In this document: piece by piece, positions 56,307 to 64,000 of the stretch | How positions within the stretch are numbered: position 1 is the stretch's first letter | Layout of the letters: every line of letters begins with the position of its first letter | Assembly: GCF_006345805.1 (NCBI RefSeq) | Contig: NC_042999.1 | Span: 99,882,001-99,946,000 of the forward strand | Length of the DNA stretch: 64,000 bases | Reading direction: 5' to 3' | Source: Octopus sinensis | Taxonomy: Eukaryota | Notes under the pieces: generated by a model | Databases searched by the model: none | Told to the model about the DNA's origin: nothing | Seen by the model: the letters and a program-made list of their open reading frames with translations, nothing else | Position numbers and translations under genes: made by a program

Positions 56307-56560
56307 CATTATTATTATCATTATTATTATTATTATATTATTATTATTATTATTATTAAGCGGTGATCATTAGCACGGTGAGCAGTATACTTAGCGATAT
56401 TTCGTCCATCTTTAGGTCCAGATTGCGTCTAGATCGACTTTGTCTTTCATCCTTTGGAATCGATAAAATAAGTACCAGTTTAGCGCTGAGGTCGATGAAA
56501 TAGATTTGTCCCCTTCCCAAACTAGTTGGCCTTATGCCACAATTTGAAACTATTATTATT
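56020..56560 (+). mobile_element. Two tandem tRNA-derived SINEs (56020-56220 and 56357-56560) separated by a long (ATT)n tail
   Basis: Both have GCGGTGA heads and the GCCTTTCATC/GTCTTTCATCC body. The first has B box GAGTTCAAATTCC. Confidence 0.85.
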
Positions 56561-57539
56561 TTTGTTGTTATTATTATTAAGGATAATAGCCACATCTTAT
56601 TTCGGGACCTTTTGTAAGAAGGCGTGCATTTTAATTTATGTAACAATTTTAAAAATCAGTATTTTGTTTGCTTCTTGGTAGATATACCTCGTGTTTTGTT
56701 GATGCTGCATGCCTGTATGTAAATCCCTAAAGAATATGCTCAGAAAATTAGAATCAGACTCTTAAAAGTGGTTCTTTTTAAACATTTAAATCATTTGAAT
56801 CATAAAATTATCTTCCTAGTATAGCAAACTAATGCACTGCTTTAACTTTAAAGAAGAATGAAACAACAAAATGTTTCTACACCGTGATTCATATTTACAT
56901 TCAAGTTTACAAAACATATATCAAGTCTGTGTGGCAAATTTGGCCTTCTAGTCGAATACTCCGTGCAAGCAGTTACAATTTCGCCATAGCGAGCTTATGA
57001 AGTTTTTTAAAACCTCTTTCATTGGGACTGATGCCTAATACCTGAATTAAAACTATTTTCAATAAATTTAGCATTAATTTGAAAGTTTCTTCTGATAAAA
57101 GAATGCACAGGAATAATATTAACGCAACTTACAGTGTCATTTGCAGCTGTCGGTGATGCATTTGAATTGCATCATATACATAATCCCATTAGGCTGGACG
57201 TCATACAGCATACATAATATAAAGTGTATTAATAGATACGACTAAATATCCTATTTTGTCACAGCCATTGAATAAAGAATATGCTTCGCAGCATTGTTTT
57301 CAAAAGCATAGAACTCTTAAATCTCAATCAAAACTATTTTCGCTGTATCAACACATGAGAAACTAACAGAGTGGTAAAATATTCAATTTGTAATTACGCA
57401 AGAAACTTATATCATATAACAACTAACATAGATTGAACCGTGAATATGAACACAACTTTGTTTTTCATAATAATATTGTAAATACAGTATCACTGGAAAT
57501 GTTAGCTATTAAAAAGGAAGGCTGGACATGTTTGGCAAT

Positions 57540-57920
57540 ATAGTCCACAGGATGTTATTATTTGTATGCTTGTTGTACGTCTGAAGCCACCTTTTTGCCA
57601 GTCCTTTGATCCAACGCTGACACCAGTTCTTGTCCTTCAAGGCGAAGAATTTCCTCACAGAAGTTTCCACCTTCTCTTGGTTGATGAAGTGTCGACAGCG
57701 CAAGAAGTGAGCCATGGGTCAGAACAAGTAATAATCATAAGGATATTTGCCGGTTGTGGAATCAGTTCGATTCCCTCAAATTCCTGGAGGTTATTCTGGG
57801 TCTCTCGAGCGGTATGAGGTCTTGCGTTGTCTTGTTGCAAAAGAGCTCGGTTTCTATTAATCAACGCCAAGCATTTTAGTCACGAAATGGCAATCATCCG
57901 CTCCAGCTGTTCGGAGTACA
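57540..57920 (-). mobile_element. Mariner transposase C-terminal relic A
   Basis: LINRNRALLQQDNARPHTARETQ..L..FEGIELIPQPA, MAHFLRCRHF, I..L..RW. Confidence 0.88.
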
Positions 57921-57989
57921 GTCCTAATGTGCATAAGCAGTGATTAGAGAGGGACCAACTTAAGGAACCTGTCACCAAACATGGGCGTT

Positions 57990-58430
57990 TCAAACACAAA
58001 GTGTGAGGGGATAATTCACTATGAGTTCATTCCGAGCGTTCGAACCACCAAAGCCAACCTATACTCCTTACAGCTGTAGTAGATGTATGAAATTATGCAG
58101 CAAAATGCCTCGCATTGATTACTAGAAAACGAGCTCTTCTGTAGTATGACAATGCTTGTACCACTCGAAAGATCCAGAATAAACTCCAGGAACTTGAAAT
58201 AATCAAACTGATGCCGCAACAAGCATACAGCCCGGAACTATTGGATACAGCCCGGAGCCTTTGGATTATTACTTGTCCTCAGTTATGGCTCAATTGCTGC
58301 ACTCGCACGGCTTCAACAAAGAGGCGGTGGAAGCTTCGGGACAAGAACTAGTATCAGCGTTGGATCAAAGAACTCACGGAAAGGTTGCTTTAGGGGTGCA
58401 ATACGATGGCCTCTACTTTGAATGCTAGGT
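57990..58430 (+). mobile_element. Mariner transposase C-terminal relic B (same family as A, opposite strand)
   Basis: GIIHYEFIP..T..A.LYS.QL, RKRALL.YDNA, YSPEL..DYYL. About 75% identical to relic A by eye. Confidence 0.85.
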
Positions 58431-58471
58431 TGCTTTTGTTGTAACTCCAGGAATAGAGCAAATATGCACAA

Positions 58472-59030
58472 TATTGTTTTCCAGTTTTAGCACAAGACCA
58501 GAAATTGCGAGGGAAGACTATGTCGATTACATCGACACCAATCCTCAAATGGTACTTATTTTATCAACCCGAAAGGATGTAATCCAAAGTCAGCACAGGC
58601 GAAATTCGAACTCAGAGTATAAAGACAAACGAAATACTGCTAGATACTTTGCCCGACGTGCTAACGATTCTACCAACTCGCGGCCTTTATAGCTTATTAA
58701 TATCAATTACTTATAATCCCACCGAGGTCGGTTTTACGCTTCATCCTTTCAGAGTCGATAAAATAAGCACTACTTGAGCACTGGGATCGATGTAACCTAC
58801 TTTCCCATCCAAAGATTTTGCAGGTCTTGTGTCAAAATTTTAAATCAACATTAACAAGCAATACGGTGGCGCGCAATCAGAATCGTTAGCACGCCGTGCT
58901 TAATGCACTTCGCCCGTCTTCCAACCGTGGTCGACTTTGCCTTTCATTCTTTCGACGTAAATAAAATAAGTATCAGTTCTCCCCCAGTTCTGTTGACCTC
59001 ATGCCTAAATTTGAAACTGCTATCAATAAG
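58472..59030. mobile_element. Three adjacent tRNA-derived SINEs: 58472-58688 (-), 58715-58850 (+), 58862-59030 (+)
   Basis: Each carries the GTCGA..TTTCATCCTTTC..ATAAAATAAG block or its reverse complement. Confidence 0.8.
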
Positions 59031-59873
59031 TAATCACTATATGGATGACAGTTGACCTCTCAACTTTTGTGGTTTGAATGAAATCACGTAAGGGCAAGTG
59101 GGCTATACCCAAACAAAAACAATGTGTTCTTTTCATTCCCGCCACTTGACAAACAGAACATATACAACATACAACATAACACATTCTAATCGTATAAAAA
59201 TTCCATCGTTCAAGGAAAAGAATATGGCTAATGTATGAATTCTAAGCTTTTCACCATTCCCGCGCTACATAAACTTTCTGTTGCTCAAGTTACCTTGTTT
59301 CTTCTCTCAACGCTATTATGATGGCTCTCTCACATTTCAACATCTTAACATAATCCTTCTGAATATGGAGTGCTTCGTTACCTGCAATAAATGTCATCAA
59401 AACACTTAAGTATTTCAATGCTATTAAATTTTTCCCTGCATGATTACCCTTACCTGTATCCAATGCTAAGATTGTGTTAATGCTGTTCTTAGATTATTTG
59501 TTACTTGCATGCATATGGAACTCACCAAATGATGTCAACGACTCTGCCTGCATATCTCACGTCCATTGATCTAATTAATTTTACTTGTAACGGTTCTTCT
59601 CTTATATCTGTCTTCTTTTTCTTCTTTCTCTTTTTCTTTCTTCTAGACGACTATATCCAATCTGACATTCCACTGCCAACAGACAAGAACGACGAGAGTA
59701 TTCTACCTTTTTTTCCTTCGAGCATTTCAAGTTATGCTTCAAATATTCATATTGATGCAGAAGCTGCCAGCAAAATAGCAGATCTTACTCGAACATTAAC
59801 TAATAGGTTTGAAGCAGATTTTGGTAGCATGTGTTGGCTGTATATATACATATATATACATATATATACATAT

Positions 59874-60089
<216 letters not shown>

Positions 60090-60899
60090 TACATATTTTG
60101 TATTCTTCAACCATATAAAACATATCATTTCGTATTTTGCTTGTGAAAATAGAGAACTGTTACAAACAAGCAATTAGATGAGGACTGTTAAAAACATTTT
60201 CCAGAAGTGAAAATATTAAACATTTCGGATCTTAAAAATATAGCTCTTCGAATTAGCAGTTTGATTTACATTTCAGGTGATAAGTCCCTTTAAACAGTGA
60301 AAGCAATGGTTGCTTAGCAGAGGTTTTACTCGGTGTTTAACAGAAAGGTTCAATGTATGTAAATTTTAAAAATCATATTTCTCACTGTCCTATTAAAATT
60401 ATGAAATAGAATATACGAATATATACATGCATACACGCACACACATACATACATACCATTCAACCACGGTAGCGGTTGAATATATTCTCAAGTCCACCAT
60501 TTTGTCAATCACAGCAGCCTCCAAGTTCCACCACTAATTCTGTTCTCAACTAAATTACAAACTGTTAACAGTTTTAAAGAGAACACCGTCTCAGCTACAC
60601 TTTGGCATAAATAGTTTGAGATTTGGTTCAGTAGAAAAAAGTTACATCAAAATATCTGCAACCACAAGGGGGACGGTAAGGCACCGATTCACCTTCAATT
60701 AACATAAACTTTATAATTTTAAAATATAAGTGTACTTATAAGTGATAGAAAAATATATGAGGAATTCAGAATCGTTAGTCGCATTGAACAGAAATTGGTA
60801 GAAGAAAAGTTATGGGGTGAAATACCACGAAAGTATGGAAGTAACGCTTAGCAATAAGAATAAATAAAGAATGTATTGCTAAAGTGGATGCTTCAGTTC

Positions 60900-61025
60900 T
60901 AAGGTGGCGAGCTGGCAGAGACATTAGCTCGCTGAGCGAGAATCTCAGCGGTATTTCTCCTGTGCTTACATTTTGAGTTCAAATTCCGCCGAGGTTGACT
61001 TTTCATTTTATCCATTTCGGATCTA
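60900..61025 (+). mobile_element. 3'-truncated tRNA-derived SINE
   Basis: AAGGTGGCGAGCTGGCAGA head and GAGTTCAAATTCCGCCGAGG B box. Confidence 0.85.
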
Positions 61026-61116
61026 TTCAATTTGACGTACAGATTATCTAATTATTTTTTTTTTTAACTAAACACTTAACTAAACATCCGATACTGATAC
61101 AATGTGTCACATACAA

Positions 61117-62498
61117 CAGGGTTTACTCTTAACGTTTTTGAGAAAATTTTGTATTTTAGAAGTTATTTCTTCACAAGTTACAGAGTGACAATGGACAAAT
61201 TCGTGTTTGATAAGTGCCAATACACGAAACTCTCAGCTTTTGACTTACTAACTTCTGCCGATGATATATATGCATATTATATACATATATGTGTAAACAA
61301 TCTCATCACGCAATCAAAACTTCGATATACCCTGTTCTGCCCACTTCGTCACAAGCGCTTACATTCATCTTTGTCATCAAATATTTGTTCCAGAAAACTA
61401 TACTTCATTGGATAAAACAAGTGAGATCCAGAAGGTGCCGGATCTGAGCTGCACTGTGCCCGGAGGAACGACTGAAAAGCTTAGTTTCCCTTCCTATACT
61501 GGCTTCCCAATGATATCACCAATACGGACCGTTTTCAGATTCTTGTTCGGTTTCTTATTTCTTTATTGCCCACAAGATGCTAAACATACAGGGGACAAAC
61601 AAAGACAGACAAAGGGATTAAGTCGATTGCATCGACCCCAGTGCGTAACTTGTACTTAATTTATCGACCCCGAAAGGATGAAAGGCAAAGTCGACCTCGG
61701 TGGAATTTGAACTCAGAATGTAACAGCATACGAAATACCGCTAAGCATTTTGCCCGGTGTTTCTGCCAGCTCACCGCCTAATTTCGGTTTCTTCCTTGTA
61801 ATGGGTTTTCTAAGCTCGCTTTCCAAAGTACAGTCACGTTCCGGTGAATCAATTAGAAAGTCACCTTTGTCACCCCCACAATAGTCACCATGATCTTCAC
61901 CGTTGATCACTGATTCTTGATCATCCCAGCTATTGCGGAAGAAGTATAACATCATTCAATGGACTAATTTAATATTTCCAGATCATCCCCCCCCCTTGTC
62001 ACCAGATGAGAACAAAAATGTATTTTCAATGGCTTCAAATGTTTCCCTTTTCTTCTTCAATTCGAGTCTAAACTGCCAAGATACACATTGTGCACGCACA
62101 TTCCGATATCCAAAGTATTCCACCACTTGCAAGGCACTGTGACCACAGTCCAATATTGCAGCAAGGTAGCAGCTTGTATTTGATCTGACTACCTGAATCA
62201 ATTCGTCCGTCCACTGTTGATTGATGCCAGTAGTCGTAGTTGTGCTTCTACTACGTGGTTTGAATCCATAGCTGGTTCTGTCTTCTTTAAACTTCATTCA
62301 TCTATGCATATTCTTCTTTTCACTGATACCCTTCACAAAGTTTTCCTCAAGAAGTCAGTTGCTTCTGCTTGGAACCCATTATTTTGTTTGCATTGCAGAA
62401 GAACAAGAAGAATGGTTGCTGCAGAAGATGTATTGTATCAATACGTACAATTTGAAAATGCAACGTCCACTTTTACATTATTTTGGATACGAGCCCTG
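61117..62498 (-). mobile_element. Near full-length decayed mariner interrupted by a SINE
   Basis: TA-CAGGGC end at 62498. Translation: FKEDRTS..PRS, LGY-like FGYRNVRAQCVS, KIMVT, IDSPERDCTL, then after the SINE PP..S.DPAPS..HLF.PMK. A CAGGGT end is at about 61117. Confidence 0.85.
61557..61782 (-). mobile_element. tRNA-derived SINE with 11-bp target site duplication
   Basis: Well-preserved GGCGGTGAGCTGGCAGAA head, B box and AAGAAAT tail. TTCGGTTTCTT flanks both sides (61546-61556 and 61783-61793). Confidence 0.93.
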
Positions 62499-62649
62499 TA
62501 TATATATGTATATGCGCACACATACACACATGTACATACACATCCACACACACACACATCCAAACAAACTCACACGTATCTACATAAATACACACATTTA
62601 TTTCCGAACATTTAAACGTCAAATTTTATTCAGTTCCATTCCGGTGTCC

Positions 62650-62742
<93 letters not shown>

Positions 62743-62743
<1 letters not shown>

Positions 62744-63080
62744 CCAGCCTCGTCTGGCACCTGTGTCGGTGGCACATAAAAAACACCATCCGAGCGTGGC
62801 CGTCTGCCAGCCTCGTCTGGCACCTGTGTCGGCGGCACATAAAAAACACCATTCGAGCGTGACCGTCTGCCAGCCTCGTCTGGCACCTGTGTCGGTGGCA
62901 CATAAAATCACCCACTACACTCTCGGAGTGGTTGGCGTTAGGAAGGGCATCCAGCTGTAGAAACACTGCCTGATCTGACTGGCCTGGTGCACCCTTCGGG
63001 CTTGCCAGACCCCAGTTGAACATTCCAACCCATGCTAGCATGGAAAGCGGACGTTAAACGATGATGATGATGATGATGAT
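62743..63080 (+). mobile_element. SINE/LINE 3' module with 63-bp internal tandem repeat and (GAT)n tail
   Basis: GCCAGCCTCGTCTGGCACCTGTG units start at 62743, 62806 and 62869, followed by GGCGTTAGGAAGGGCATCCAGCTGTAGAAAC..CAACCCATGCTAGCATGGAAAGCGGACGTTAAACGATGATGAT, an RTE-type tail (inference). Confidence 0.8.
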
Positions 63081-64000
63081 GATATATACTGAGAGAGAGG
63101 GAGGAGGAATGAGAGAGCATTTATTAAGGCTATGAACGCTTCCTTAATGATCTAACGTTAAATACTTAGCATTTTTCTGCTTCATTCTTTGTCTGTGAAC
63201 AGAAATAAGAAGTCTCAATGAATATGCAACACTACTATTCTTATTCTGCATTTACGAATCCTTTTATTTCAAGTAGAAATCCCCTGTCTTTAATATTAAA
63301 CGGGTTCAAATCCTCACTAGCATTATTTCTGAATCTGATAATCGTTCACTGTATCTAACACTCATTAAAGATTATATGTTTCTTTGAATGTCATTAAGTA
63401 TCACTGCATAGTCGACAATTTTTAACCTTTTTAAAGGCAACTACTGCACATAACAATTTTGGTGTGTCCGAGATGTATATAAGAATCTCAAGCGCTGCAG
63501 AACATAACAGCAGCATGTCTGATAATGAAGGACTTTTGACAGTTTGCAGTGCTGAAGAAAAATCCGTTCATGTAAATAGCTGATGCAAAACTAGCACACA
63601 CGAACTTTAAATTTGAGGTGATGTCATGTGCTAACCCTTTGAGCTAGTACTTTCAACAATAGTTTCAAATGCCTATCATACTAGAAATGTTTATGAGATA
63701 ATCTTATCTAGTGACTGTAAATTATTAAATAGATCAAAGATTCTGGCTGCAAATTGTAAGATGTTCTATAATCAAATGCTCCAAGACGAGAATCTGAAAT
63801 CCAGTTTTGATCGCAGTACTTTGCTCTAATTGTACCCTTACAGTAAGAGACAACTTGATTGTTAATAGTCAGAAAGTAAATACTGACAATTATTTTAACA
63901 GTTTTATTTACCTGTACGTTTTGTATCTTCTTCGAGTACATATACATAAGCTCTGAGCTTAACACTAGTAACAGTATTGTTTAATGACGTTGATTAAAGG

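Noticed and set aside
59300-59830. 126-aa ORF 59505-59885 or RTE LINE C-terminus on the minus strand
   Set aside because: The plus ORF runs into a microsatellite and has no recognisable domain; the RTE resemblance is too weak to call.
62743-62908. CRISPR-like repeat array
   Set aside because: The units are contiguous with no unique spacers, and the context is a eukaryotic retroposon.

Overview
AT-rich eukaryotic genomic DNA, densely packed with (AT)n, (AC)n, (AAT)n, (GATA)n and (AAG)n microsatellites. The SINE families look like those of Octopus (inference from recalled sequence, not a search). There is no long intact host ORF, and most entries in the ORF track are microsatellite read-through. 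Identifiable content is mostly decayed mobile DNA: four Penelope-like retroelement (PLE) ORF relics, four mariner relics plus one Tc1/mariner end, one Tigger/pogo relic plus a Tigger-type MITE, two young non-autonomous Helitrons, about 14 tRNA-derived SINEs and several fold-back hairpins. Two things are not explained by routine annotation. (1) Hammerhead-ribozyme-like motifs occur four times, including an inverted pair that encloses a tRNA-like/(AAT)n cassette and is bounded by a 20-bp direct repeat (4588-5037). (2) A series of frameshifted ankyrin-repeat-like relics, all on the minus strand between about 8.5 and 31 kb, suggests a dead tandem ankyrin gene array. Protein assignments were made by eye from manual translation. 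Irregular microsatellites suggest some indels may be long-read assembly errors.
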